This document shows, one piece after another, positions 40,456 to 49,301 of a stretch of 64,000 bases of DNA. The notes below the pieces were generated by a model. The model saw only the letters and a program-made list of their open reading frames with translations. It made no database searches and was not told the origin of the DNA. Where the stretch lies: assembly GCA_965224085.1 (NCBI GenBank), contig CBDCYI010000005.1, forward strand, positions 224,001 to 288,000. Direction: 5' to 3'. Position 1 is the first letter of the stretch; each line of letters opens with the position of its first letter. Origin of the DNA: Candidatus Marinacidobacterales bacterium. Its GTDB lineage: Bacteria > Acidobacteriota > Vicinamibacteria > Marinacidobacterales > SMYC01. The translations under genes and the position numbers were made by a program.

Positions 40456-41652
40456 TTAGCGCTGACGCTCACGAGGTTCCGTTTTTTCCGCAGCACCACC
40501 TGACAGGGATTCGATGAAAGGCCGAATTCTCACGAGGGCTTCGGTCACTCGCTCTTCGGGTTGGACTAGGGAGATACGAACGTAGCCCTGCCATTGAGCT
40601 CCAAACGCGTTGCCCGGAAACAGAAGCACCCGGGCTTCGAGGAGAAGGCGCCGGCAAAATTCGTCGGCGGGAAGACCGTAACGCGATATGTCAGCCCAGA
40701 CGAAGAACGCTCCGCCGGGGCGGCTGTAGGGAATGTTCATCGCATCCAGTCCCTGCATCATGACCTTGCGACGTCCCGCGAAGGTACGGAGACTCTCTCG
40801 GGTGACATCCTGAGGCCCGGTGAGAGCCGCTAGCCCGGCGCATTGCGAGAAAAGCGGACAGGGCCCGGAAATAACTTCCTTCAGACGCGCTACGCCATCG
40901 ACGAACGCGGGTGGGCCAATGAGGTACCCGACGCGGAAGCCGGTCATCGCATAGGTTTTCGAAAAAGCGGAGAGCGTCACGGCCCGTTCACGCATACCTT
41001 CACATTGAACAACCGACATGAACGCGGCACCGTCGTAGATCTGTCCTTCGTAAACCTCGTCCGAGACGACGACAAGTCCCGTCTCGCGCGCTACCTCCGC
41101 AATTTCGAGAACACCTTCCCGCGGGACCAGCGCGCCGGTGGGATTGCTGGGGTTCGGGAAGATGAGGAGCTTTGCGGATCCTGCGCGGGCGCGAAGCTCT
41201 TTGGATTCGAGCTCGAAATCGTGCTGCCGGTCCGTCGGCACGATCAGGATCCGGCCTCCGGCGGCCTCGACGGCCTGGTCGTAGGAGGAGTACCTCGGGT
41301 CGGGCACGAGCACAGCGTCACCGGGGTTGACGAGCGCCAGCACGGTCAGGAACAGCCCCTCCTGGGCTCCATTCGTGATGAGAATCTCCGCTTCAGGATC
41401 GAAAACGATGCCTTTATCCTTCTGGTAGCGCGCCGCCACCGCCGCGCGGAGGGGTTTTAGACCGCGTGGATCTAAGGACGATTTATGCTTCGCTATCTCC
41501 CGCATGGCGTCTCGGATGATGTGAGGCGCTGTATCGAGATCGGGGTCGCCGATACCGAGCGCGATCACATCGCTCAGCGTGGCTGACATCTGCATGAGGC
41601 TGTAGCGACTCTGGGTTGCTCGTTCACCGGGCGAAGCGACCGGATTCTCCAT
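40456..41652 (-). CDS. Class I/II PLP-dependent aminotransferase
   Basis: LGIGDPD, ITNGAQEG, PNPSNPTG, SDEVY, AFSKTYAMTGFRVGY, YVRISL. Confidence 0.93.
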   Translation of the reverse strand: MENPVASPGERATQSRYSLMQMSATLSDVIALGIGDPDLDTAPHIIRDAMREIAKHKSSLDPRGLKPLRAAVAARYQKDKGIVFDPEAEILITNGAQEGLFLTVLALVNPGDAVLVPDPRYSSYDQAVEAAGGRILIVPTDRQHDFELESKELRARAGSAKLLIFPNPSNPTGALVPREGVLEIAEVARETGLVVVSDEVYEGQIYDGAAFMSVVQCEGMRERAVTLSAFSKTYAMTGFRVGYLIGPPAFVDGVARLKEVISGPCPLFSQCAGLAALTGPQDVTRESLRTFAGRRKVMMQGLDAMNIPYSRPGGAFFVWADISRYGLPADEFCRRLLLEARVLLFPGNAFGAQWQGYVRISLVQPEERVTEALVRIRPFIESLSGGAAEKTEPRERQR

Positions 41653-41669
41653 GGTCTCTACTCTTCTCT

Positions 41670-42452
41670 CTACTCTTCGTCTCCCGCGAGAGCGATCAAC
41701 GCAGCCCGCTGCGACGGCGCAGGACTGCAAATGGAAAACGCCTGTTTCCAGACACGGATTCGGGCGACCAGACGCTCAGGCCCCATGAGAAAACCGACCC
41801 GGAAGCTCGACATCCCGGGAAGGGAGTCCAGATTCCCCACCACGATCGTACGGTCGTGCGAGAACCGAGGGAACCAATCGCCGGCCTCTCCCTCGCCCCG
41901 CGTGCGACCGGCAAGATCACCGCAACCGAGAGCATCTTCGAGGTTGAGAATATCGGGAAGGTCGTGCTCGACGGCGAGCCGAATCAGAGCCGCCTGGGTG
42001 TCCTGGTTCGAGCTCCATTCACGATAGATCAGTCGTGTTTCTCGCGCTGGCCGTGTGATCTTCGCGGCTGACTTGGCTCGCAATCCCATCAGGTGGAAGA
42101 GCGCTTCGTGAGCGCAACGTCGGGACGAGGCGACGAGAATCTCTCCCGGGCCGGGCGCCAGTCCAATCAGGGCCACGAAAAGCGCCTCGGACTCGCCGGT
42201 TGTGATCAGGACATTGTCCACCGAGTCGTAGGACGGCCCGCCTTCTTGAGTTAACCTTTGCGCCAGACGACGGCGAAGCTCGGGAAGACCCGCGCGAACC
42301 GTATAATGCGTCTCTCCGGCCAACAGCGCTTCTTCTACCGCCTTGAGGAGGTCCGCAGGGATTTCTCCCGTCGCTTCAACCCGATTCACTGCCGGAGCGT
42401 CGCCAAGCCAGAGCAACCGATCCGCCAAGGCCATTCCATCGTTTCCCTTCAT
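41670..42452 (-). CDS. Degenerate aminotransferase-fold protein lacking the PLP lysine
   Basis: GETHYT..AGLPELRR.LA and VLITTGESEALF are conserved, but NPxNPTG and DExY are absent and the Lys motif reads NLDSLPGMSSFRVGF; small domain missing; frame intact. Confidence 0.7.
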   Translation of the reverse strand: MKGNDGMALADRLLWLGDAPAVNRVEATGEIPADLLKAVEEALLAGETHYTVRAGLPELRRRLAQRLTQEGGPSYDSVDNVLITTGESEALFVALIGLAPGPGEILVASSRRCAHEALFHLMGLRAKSAAKITRPARETRLIYREWSSNQDTQAALIRLAVEHDLPDILNLEDALGCGDLAGRTRGEGEAGDWFPRFSHDRTIVVGNLDSLPGMSSFRVGFLMGPERLVARIRVWKQAFSICSPAPSQRAALIALAGDEE

Positions 42453-42534
42453 TCCGCCAGCTCCTTCACGCGCTCTGGTGTCAGATCGAATCCTTCTTCC
42501 GCTAGGTACTTCCGCTAGCCGGTAGAGGTCGAAC

Positions 42535-42793
42535 CATAACCCGCTCACTCCTCCACGCAGGGCAGCAAGGAAAACAAGGCGGGCGGGAGCTCCTCCGAAT
42601 CAGTCCATTCTGCGTTTTCCCTGAGGGGAGTCCCTATCCGTCATCGCGGCGGACTTTATCCGACTGCCAGGCGTGACCGTATTCACGCTCAGGTTCAGCT
42701 CGCTCAGCTCGGGCAAGCGCATGAGTCCAGTCTCGGCGTTCCTGTGGGGTGAAAATCCTACAGAGAACCTGCCGCTCGACTGCCATAACATTA
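42535..42793 (-). ncRNA. Putative orphan IS110/IS1111-type left end with structured non-coding region (candidate bridge/seek RNA locus); transposase absent
   Basis: Minus strand starts TAATGTT-ATGGCAGTCG, continues through several stem-loops and ends GGAGGAGTGAGCGGGTT-ATG. The ORF after that ATG stops after 11 codons. Family assignment is by recalled similarity only. Confidence 0.45.
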
Positions 42794-42799
42794 ATTGAA

Positions 42800-43339
42800 G
42801 TGAACAACCACCGCCTAGAAGGCGGTGGCTTCAAGGGCTGTCAATTGGAAATTGACTGTCGTCGTGAAGAGGCTCGCCATCCTGGGAGTCTATGTACTCC
42901 TTTACCATCTCGTCCGTTATGCTTCCTGAACTCACCGCCAGATATCCTCGGGCCCAGAAGTGCCGGCCCCAAAACTTCTTCCTCAGGTGAGCAAACTCCT
43001 GAAGGAGTACTCGGGAGCTTATTCCTTTTAGCCACTGCACGATCGTACTCAGGTCCTGGTGTGGTCGGTAGGATACGAACACGTGGACGTGGTCGCGTGC
43101 AACCTTACCCGAGATTATGTGCAGCTCATGTTCCATCGCGATCTGACGAATCAGATCGCGCACACGAACCGCTACTGGACCGATCAAAACCTTTTTACGA
43201 TATTTCGGTATCCAAACGATGTGCGCTTTTAGGTCCGTTTTCGTGTGCGCTCCGTGCCTGTAGTGACGCACGCGACCACAATACCACGATCTTCTCTTCG
43301 CCTAAAGGCGAGGGGTTTCGACCATCCCCGGAAGAGACA
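42800..43339 (-). mobile_element. IS200-type (tnpA-only) insertion sequence
   Basis: Subterminal hairpins CCACCGCCTAGAAGGCGGTGG and CTTCGCCTAAAGGCGAGG; right end ...GTTCAC; inserted 3' of TTAG with no target duplication. Confidence 0.9.
42831..43271 (-). CDS. tnpA: IS200/IS605-family Y1 HUH transposase
   Basis: HIVWIPKYRKKVL, DHVH (HUH), LKGISSR, FWARGY, EYIDSQ (catalytic Tyr). Confidence 0.96.
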   Translation of the reverse strand: MRHYRHGAHTKTDLKAHIVWIPKYRKKVLIGPVAVRVRDLIRQIAMEHELHIISGKVARDHVHVFVSYRPHQDLSTIVQWLKGISSRVLLQEFAHLRKKFWGRHFWARGYLAVSSGSITDEMVKEYIDSQDGEPLHDDSQFPIDSP

Positions 43340-43834
43340 CTAAGCCGCTCGCGCGGCGGCGGGACCTGCAAGCTCTCCCGAACTGGTGAGCCAAACTGGG
43401 GGCATTTTGCCTGCGCCTTTTTCGCCGCAGCCCATCGCCCTTCCAGGGAATCACGGCGCGCAGGTCGTGTCAAGGGTTTCGCGCGCTTCGCGCGCCGGCT
43501 GCGCCGCCCTGGACACGACCTACGCGCCGTGATGCGAGTCACTATGGGCGATGGGCGGACGGGTGCCTCCGGCAGGGGCTCCGGACTCCGGGTTTTGCAC
43601 GGCAAGCCAGCCGCGGTGAACTCACTCGCCTCTAACCCGTTTCCCTTGTTTTTCCGGGCCACGGGAGCCAGAAGGGATTAAGGAGGACGGCTTCGCCGTC
43701 GTCTTCATTCGTTCGATCTTCGCTCCGGACAACGAGTCCTGCGTTTCTCGGAACCGCTCTCTCACACATGGCATCATCCCTGTCCCCCGCGGGCGGCGAT
43801 GGTCGTCGTCTGCTAAATCACTGGAGGAATAATC

Positions 43835-44695
43835 ATGGGATGCCTTAGCGAAAAAATGCTTGCCGACATGAAACTGAAGGGGTTCGCACGCTCCACGCAG
43901 GAGGAGTATCTGCTGCGAGCGCGCCATTTCGCGGCACATTACATGCGCTCACCCGCCGAGATGGGCGAGCCGGAGACCCGCGATTATCTGATTCATCTCG
44001 TTAACGAGAAGAAGGCCTCTCCGGCCAGCCACCACATGTACGTCGCCTCTCTCAAGTTTCTCTACGCAACCACACTCAACCGCCCGGAGGAGGTGGCGAA
44101 GATTCCTTGGCCCAAGAAACCTCGCACGTTACCCGATATCTTGAGCGGCGAGGAGGTCGATTGTTTGCTTCACTCCGTTAACTCCGTCAAACACCGCGCG
44201 ATTCTCATGAGCGCCTACGGCGCCGGGCTGCGCGTTTCCGAGGTGTGCTGTCTGAAGCACTCCGACATCGACTCCAAACGCATGCTCTTGCACATTCGTC
44301 ACGCCAAGAACTCCAAGGCCCGCTATGTCACGCTCAGCGAACGTTTGTTGAGCTTCCTGCGCTACTACTGGAAAACCACTCGCCCTCGCGGAGAGTACTT
44401 GTTTCCCGGCCGTAATCCTGGTGCCCACATCTCAGACGATGGCGTTCGCTGGGCTCTTCGTAAGGCCGTGGCTGAGGCGGGGCTCACCAAACGTATCACT
44501 CCTCATTCGCTGCGCCACGGTTTTGCCACACATATGCTCGAACTGGGTGAAGACATTCGTACCGTGCAGCAACTGCTCGGTCATGCCTCCATCCAGACCA
44601 CGGCCCGTTACACAAAGGTAACAGCAAAGCACTTGGGGCGCATCAAGAGCCCTCTCGATTTGCTGGGAACGAAGAAGGGCAAAAAGCTCGGCTAG
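43835..44695 (+). CDS. Tyrosine recombinase, copy 2
   Basis: Same as 28158-29018 except one H/N substitution. Confidence 0.96.
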   Translation: MGCLSEKMLADMKLKGFARSTQEEYLLRARHFAAHYMRSPAEMGEPETRDYLIHLVNEKKASPASHHMYVASLKFLYATTLNRPEEVAKIPWPKKPRTLPDILSGEEVDCLLHSVNSVKHRAILMSAYGAGLRVSEVCCLKHSDIDSKRMLLHIRHAKNSKARYVTLSERLLSFLRYYWKTTRPRGEYLFPGRNPGAHISDDGVRWALRKAVAEAGLTKRITPHSLRHGFATHMLELGEDIRTVQQLLGHASIQTTARYTKVTAKHLGRIKSPLDLLGTKKGKKLG

Positions 44696-44701
44696 CTCAT
44701 C

Positions 44702-45949
44702 ATGCAGCCCCATGGGCTGTGTCCTTCCCGCGTCGAGTCACCACCACGGCCACTGCTCGAGATCGCGGAAATCTTCCGCGAACATGGTCCACGCTTTCGC
44801 CAAACCCATGCGCTGACAGCCGAGCAGCGCAAGGTGATGTGGGCTATAGAGAACTGTCGCACGGCGGTGCTAGGTGGCCATCTCGACGTGTGTAACGCTT
44901 GCGGATACGCGGCGCCTTCGTTTAACTCGTGCCGCAATCGGCACTGTCCCAAGTGTCAGAGCCTAGCCCAGGCGAAGTGGATGGAGCAGCGAGCTCAGAG
45001 GATTCTTCCGACTCACTATTTCCACGTCGTTTTCACCCTCCCGCAGCAACTCAAGCCTCTCGCCCGAGACAATCCCAAGTTCATGTTCAACCTCCTGTTT
45101 CGCGCCGCCTCGCGAACTCTATTGGAGTTCGGCCAAAGCCGGCTCGAAGCTCAACTTGCCTTCACCGCCGTACTGCACACCTGGACCCGGAAGCTCCTGT
45201 TCCATCCACACCTGCATTGCATCGTCTCCGGGGGCGGGCTCAACCACCCTCAGCAGCTGTGGAACGCCGCAAACCCTCGCTTTCTGTTTCCCGTCAAGGC
45301 CATGTCGCGGCTTTTTCGCAGCAAGTTTCTCGATGCCCTTAGGCTCGCTTACGACCAAGATGAGCTTGAGTTGAGCGCAAACGCTTCCCACCTCAGAAAC
45401 CCACCTCGCTTCCGGGAGCTGAAAGACAAGCTCTACCGCATCGATTGGGTCGTTTACAGCAAACGACCCTTCGGTGGCCCAGAGCAGGTTTTCAACTACC
45501 TCGGCCGATATACCCACCGGGTCGGCATCTCCAACCGCCGACTCATTCGCATCGACCACTACGGCGTCTGCTTCGCCACCAAGAATGGTAATACCGTTAC
45601 CGTCCCCCCAGAGGAATTTATCCGCCGTTTCCTCCTGCACGTACTGCCGAAAGGTTTCGTCAAGATTCGCCATTTCGGCTTAATGGCCTCCTCCAATGCG
45701 ACCACCAAGCTCGTAGTCGCGCGCCAGTTGCTCGATGAGAAAACAAAACCCACGACCGACGCCGACGACGTGCAAGTCAGCTCGCGTGCCACCGAGGACA
45801 AGGACTGGCGCGAGCGGCTCAAGGAGCTCACCGGCATCGACCTCACCATCTGTCCCCGCTGCAAGAAAGGTCGCATGCTCCGATGCCCTCTCTCCACGAA
45901 GCTTCGACGGATCAACCTCCAGATCCGCTCCCCTCCAGATGAGTCATGA
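44702..45949 (+). CDS. IS91-family transposase, copy 2
   Basis: Protein appears identical to 29025-30272. Confidence 0.96.
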   Translation: MQPHGLCPSRVESPPRPLLEIAEIFREHGPRFRQTHALTAEQRKVMWAIENCRTAVLGGHLDVCNACGYAAPSFNSCRNRHCPKCQSLAQAKWMEQRAQRILPTHYFHVVFTLPQQLKPLARDNPKFMFNLLFRAASRTLLEFGQSRLEAQLAFTAVLHTWTRKLLFHPHLHCIVSGGGLNHPQQLWNAANPRFLFPVKAMSRLFRSKFLDALRLAYDQDELELSANASHLRNPPRFRELKDKLYRIDWVVYSKRPFGGPEQVFNYLGRYTHRVGISNRRLIRIDHYGVCFATKNGNTVTVPPEEFIRRFLLHVLPKGFVKIRHFGLMASSNATTKLVVARQLLDEKTKPTTDADDVQVSSRATEDKDWRERLKELTGIDLTICPRCKKGRMLRCPLSTKLRRINLQIRSPPDES

Positions 45950-46491
45950 TCACGATGCTTTCGCTCCGCCTCTCACAACGCCGACCGGTCGTTGAAACGG
46001 ACTCGTGTGTCTCGTCGCGAACTCATAACGCTACCGTGGTGGTTACCGCACCGGGTAGGCCCTTCTTCTATCTTCCCCGCCATATCTCTGTCGATTCGCA
46101 ACTCCCTGACGTCCAACTCCGACTTCCTGTCCGACCGTCTTCTCACTCCAATTTATGCATAGTTGCCGCTAGCTGGGCGGCTTAGTTCAATTACGGTTTG
46201 CACGAATGCTCGCTCTACAAGCATCGTGCCTCGCGTAACGCCGTGCTTCGCTCGATTCCTGCAAACCGCTATTAATAATGTTGGCGCCTAGGGTCGTGCC
46301 TGGTTCGAGCCTCATGTTAACCGGTGGGCCGTTGGATGCGAGTCATCATTCTAGCACCGGGACGCGGATCCCCTGTCGTATGGCCCCCTCGCTGCCGTAG
46401 ATGAGAGTCTCCCACGCTTCCAGCGTTCTCGATGCCACGGATTTGTGCTGCACCATCCTGTCTTTGCGTCTGAAAAATGTAACTACCGCTA

Positions 46492-47319
46492 TTATTTCAT
46501 CGCTCTCGGGCTGAGGGTTTGCTGGATGCTGTCGCCAACGAGGTTGGACGCGAGGACGAACAGCAAAAGCGCTGTCCCTGGCCCCAGCACGAGATGGGGG
46601 GCGTGTCGAAGAAAGTTCCGGGCCTCACTGAGCATGGCTCCCCACTCCGGGGTGGGCGGTTGAACCCCCAGCCCGAGAAAGCTCAACGCGGACGCCGATA
46701 GGACGAGTGCCGGAAACATCAAGGTGGCCTGCACGGTGAGCGGAGCCGATATGTTGGGCCAAACGTCGCACAACAAGATGCGCATTCGGCTCGCGCCCAG
46801 CGCCGCCGAGGCCTCGACGTAGAGCTCCCGCTTCACTGCCAGCGTCGCGCTCCTCGCGATTCTGATGAACTGAGGCATCGCGTAGAGCCCTAGGGCACCA
46901 ATGACGCCATCTTCACTAGGCCCGGTCACCGCCATGACGGTAATCGCCAGAAGAATGGGCGGAAAGATGAGAAGGACGTCCGTTGCCCGCATCACCAGGG
47001 CTTCCGCTTTGCCTCCAACATATCCGGCGAGCATTCCCAGCGGAATCCCTGTGGCGAGCGCCATCAAAAGTGCGCTCGCAGTGATTCGGGTGGTGACCCG
47101 CGTCGCCAGGATGGTGCGCGAAGCCACGTCCCTTCCGAACTGGTCTGTCCCGAATGGGTGCGTCAGGGACGGGGGCGAGAACGCATTTCTCAGGTCGACG
47201 CCGTAGGGATCGTAAGGCGTGATCCACTGAGCGGTCACCGCCACGAGGAAAAAGACGAGGAGAACACCGCCAAAAAAAGCGGCAAACCTGTCACCACCGA
47301 ACCGCCACCACCCCATCAC
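46492..47319 (-). CDS. Peptide/nickel ABC transporter permease (DppC-like)
   Basis: HPFGTDQFGRD, YVEASAALGAS, LSFLGLGVQPPTPEWGAML. Confidence 0.95.
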   Translation of the reverse strand: MMGWWRFGGDRFAAFFGGVLLVFFLVAVTAQWITPYDPYGVDLRNAFSPPSLTHPFGTDQFGRDVASRTILATRVTTRITASALLMALATGIPLGMLAGYVGGKAEALVMRATDVLLIFPPILLAITVMAVTGPSEDGVIGALGLYAMPQFIRIARSATLAVKRELYVEASAALGASRMRILLCDVWPNISAPLTVQATLMFPALVLSASALSFLGLGVQPPTPEWGAMLSEARNFLRHAPHLVLGPGTALLLFVLASNLVGDSIQQTLSPRAMK

Positions 47320-47343
47320 TGCTCCTCGACCCGCCTCACGAAT

Positions 47344-48270
47344 TTACGCACTCTCGATCCTGGGATCCGCCATCGAGTAAAGTACATCGACGATGAGGTT
47401 GGTGGTGATGAGAGCGGCGGCGAACACCAACAGGGTCCCTTGAGTTAGAGGCAGATCTCGGGTCAGGATGGAGTTGACCATCAACCGGCCGAGGCCCGGC
47501 CACGTGAAGACTACTTCGGTGACGACCGCCCCTCCCAACGTATAGCCAAAGCGCAATCCCATCACGGTCATGATGGGCAAGAGCGCGTTCGGCAGCGCGT
47601 GTTGGAAGAGAACTCTGAACTCGGGAACGCCTCTGGCTCGCGCGGTGGTAATGTATTCCCGGTCCAGAGCATCCAACATGCAGGCGGTGGTCATGCGCGT
47701 AAGAAAGGCCGCCTGGTAAATCGCCAGGCTCATCACCGGCAACACATAAGCTTGCCAGCTCCTCATCCCGCCGAGCGGCAAGAGGCGTAAGCGAACCGAG
47801 AACAGGTATAGGCCGGCCAACCCGATGAGAAACAAGGGCGTGCACACCCCAAGCAGAGATATCGTCTTGATACACTTTTCCATCATGCGGTGGCGCCATA
47901 TCGCGGCGAGGCATCCAAGCAGCAAACTCCATACCGCCGCGAGCGACATGGCGAGGATCGCCAACTGGGCGGTGTTGACGAAACGGGGGATGATCAGGTC
48001 GATGACCGGCTCTTGGTTGTAGATGGACACGCCGAGATCACCTCGAAGCAGCCGTGAGAGGTATCTTTCGAATTGAGCGAGAAGGGGTTGATCGAACCCG
48101 TAGGTTTTCCGAATCGCTTCGACAACTTCTTCCGATGCCTTGTCCCCGGCGATGAGAAGCGCCGGGTCACCCGGCACCAGGTGAATCAGGGCAAACGAGA
48201 AAGAGACAACGACCAGTCCGGCCGGCATCATGAACAGCAGTCTGCCGAACAAGAGGTTCAGCACGCGCAT
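47344..48270 (-). CDS. Peptide/nickel ABC transporter permease (DppB-like)
   Basis: LVPGDPA, GDLGVS, YITTARARG, HALPNALLP, EVVFTWPGLG, DPRI. Confidence 0.95.
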   Translation of the reverse strand: MRVLNLLFGRLLFMMPAGLVVVSFSFALIHLVPGDPALLIAGDKASEEVVEAIRKTYGFDQPLLAQFERYLSRLLRGDLGVSIYNQEPVIDLIIPRFVNTAQLAILAMSLAAVWSLLLGCLAAIWRHRMMEKCIKTISLLGVCTPLFLIGLAGLYLFSVRLRLLPLGGMRSWQAYVLPVMSLAIYQAAFLTRMTTACMLDALDREYITTARARGVPEFRVLFQHALPNALLPIMTVMGLRFGYTLGGAVVTEVVFTWPGLGRLMVNSILTRDLPLTQGTLLVFAAALITTNLIVDVLYSMADPRIESA

Positions 48271-48275
48271 GGTTT

Positions 48276-49268
48276 CTAGGCCGGTCTCGTCTGCCAGATG
48301 TGCATCAAGGGATCCCCGGTGTTGACGACACCGACGGTGAAGAGCATGCGCACAATTCCAGCGAAGGGGGAATGAACAGCCTCCAACACCTCGTCATCGA
48401 TATTTCGGATCTCTCCCAGCGCCCCTCCCTCCTCGACTCGGTCTCCGGTGACGACCGCGGGAAGGAAAATGCCGCCGTGGTTGACCCGCGGCGTGACCTC
48501 TGCGACGACTTCTTCGTACTCAGAGACTTTGGCGGGATCTTGATCGGCCAAAACGCCGATGTGGCGGAGAAAATTGAAAACCCCGCGTTTGTGGAACTCC
48601 ACGTCCAGCTCCACATCGCGCTGGCTCAGCCTTCCTTCGCTCCCCGCCTCGGAGATGATGCTCGGGACTCCTGCTTTTGCCGCCTCCATGAAGAGCGCGC
48701 CGACCATGGTTCTCTTTTTGGGGTGGATCGGGTGGAAGAACCTCTGGGTAAACGCCCGTGCCATCATTCTCGAGGCCCGGTCCACCTCATCGTTGTCGGT
48801 GAGGTAGTACTTGACGTGTGAGAGCTGCCGTTCCCAGAAATCTCCGGAGTGCAAATCGATGGCATACTGGGCCCGTGAGACCACGTTCTCGAAGATCACC
48901 GAGGCGAGCCGCTGCGTGAAGGAGCCTTCTTTGTTTCCGGGAAAGACACGGTTCAAATTCAGATTGTCGATGGGGCTCACGTACCTGGTAATTCTGGAGA
49001 AGGCCACGGGATTGCAAACGGGGATCACGACCACCGTCCCGTTGAGCTCGGAGGGGTCCAGTTGCCCAAACACCCGGATCGCACCCAGGATTCCGGCATA
49101 CTCGGCCCCGTGAACGCCCCCGGTCACCGCAACCATGGGTCCCTCTTGCTTCCCTGCAGCCACCCAGAGCGGAAGCCGGACTTCCGAGAGCGGGTCCGAT
49201 CCAACCGGCAGCCAGGTCTTCGTTTTCTCGCCGACCGGTACGCCAAACGTCTGTGCGAAGGAATCCAT
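48276..49268 (-). CDS. Succinylglutamate desuccinylase/aspartoacylase (M14-like) family deacylase
   Basis: GGVHGAEY, NLNRVFPG, IDLHSG, SEAG; C-terminal biotinyl-like hairpin. Confidence 0.9.
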   Translation of the reverse strand: MDSFAQTFGVPVGEKTKTWLPVGSDPLSEVRLPLWVAAGKQEGPMVAVTGGVHGAEYAGILGAIRVFGQLDPSELNGTVVVIPVCNPVAFSRITRYVSPIDNLNLNRVFPGNKEGSFTQRLASVIFENVVSRAQYAIDLHSGDFWERQLSHVKYYLTDNDEVDRASRMMARAFTQRFFHPIHPKKRTMVGALFMEAAKAGVPSIISEAGSEGRLSQRDVELDVEFHKRGVFNFLRHIGVLADQDPAKVSEYEEVVAEVTPRVNHGGIFLPAVVTGDRVEEGGALGEIRNIDDEVLEAVHSPFAGIVRMLFTVGVVNTGDPLMHIWQTRPA

Positions 49269-49301
49269 CTTGATATACTCCTTTCCTGTGGTCTTATGTC
49301 T

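Larger units (their letters stand above)
42795..46276 (+). mobile_element. Tyrosine-recombinase + IS91-type transposase element, copy 2 (left IR interrupted by IS200)
   Basis: TTGAA (42795-42799) + CTAAGCCGC (43340-43348) reconstitute the left IR; right IR 46177-46190; shared end ATTAAT 46271-46276. Confidence 0.9.

Noticed and set aside
42715-42785. Group II intron 5' end (GGGGTGAAAATCC loop)
   Set aside because: No GUGYG start, no domain V and no reverse transcriptase; the minus-strand IS-end reading fits better.
42800-43339. TnpB/IscB RNA-guided nuclease locus
   Set aside because: The 540-bp element contains only tnpA; no room or sequence for tnpB.
42749-43681. 310-aa plus-strand ORF
   Set aside because: Runs across three element junctions antisense to tnpA; chance open frame.
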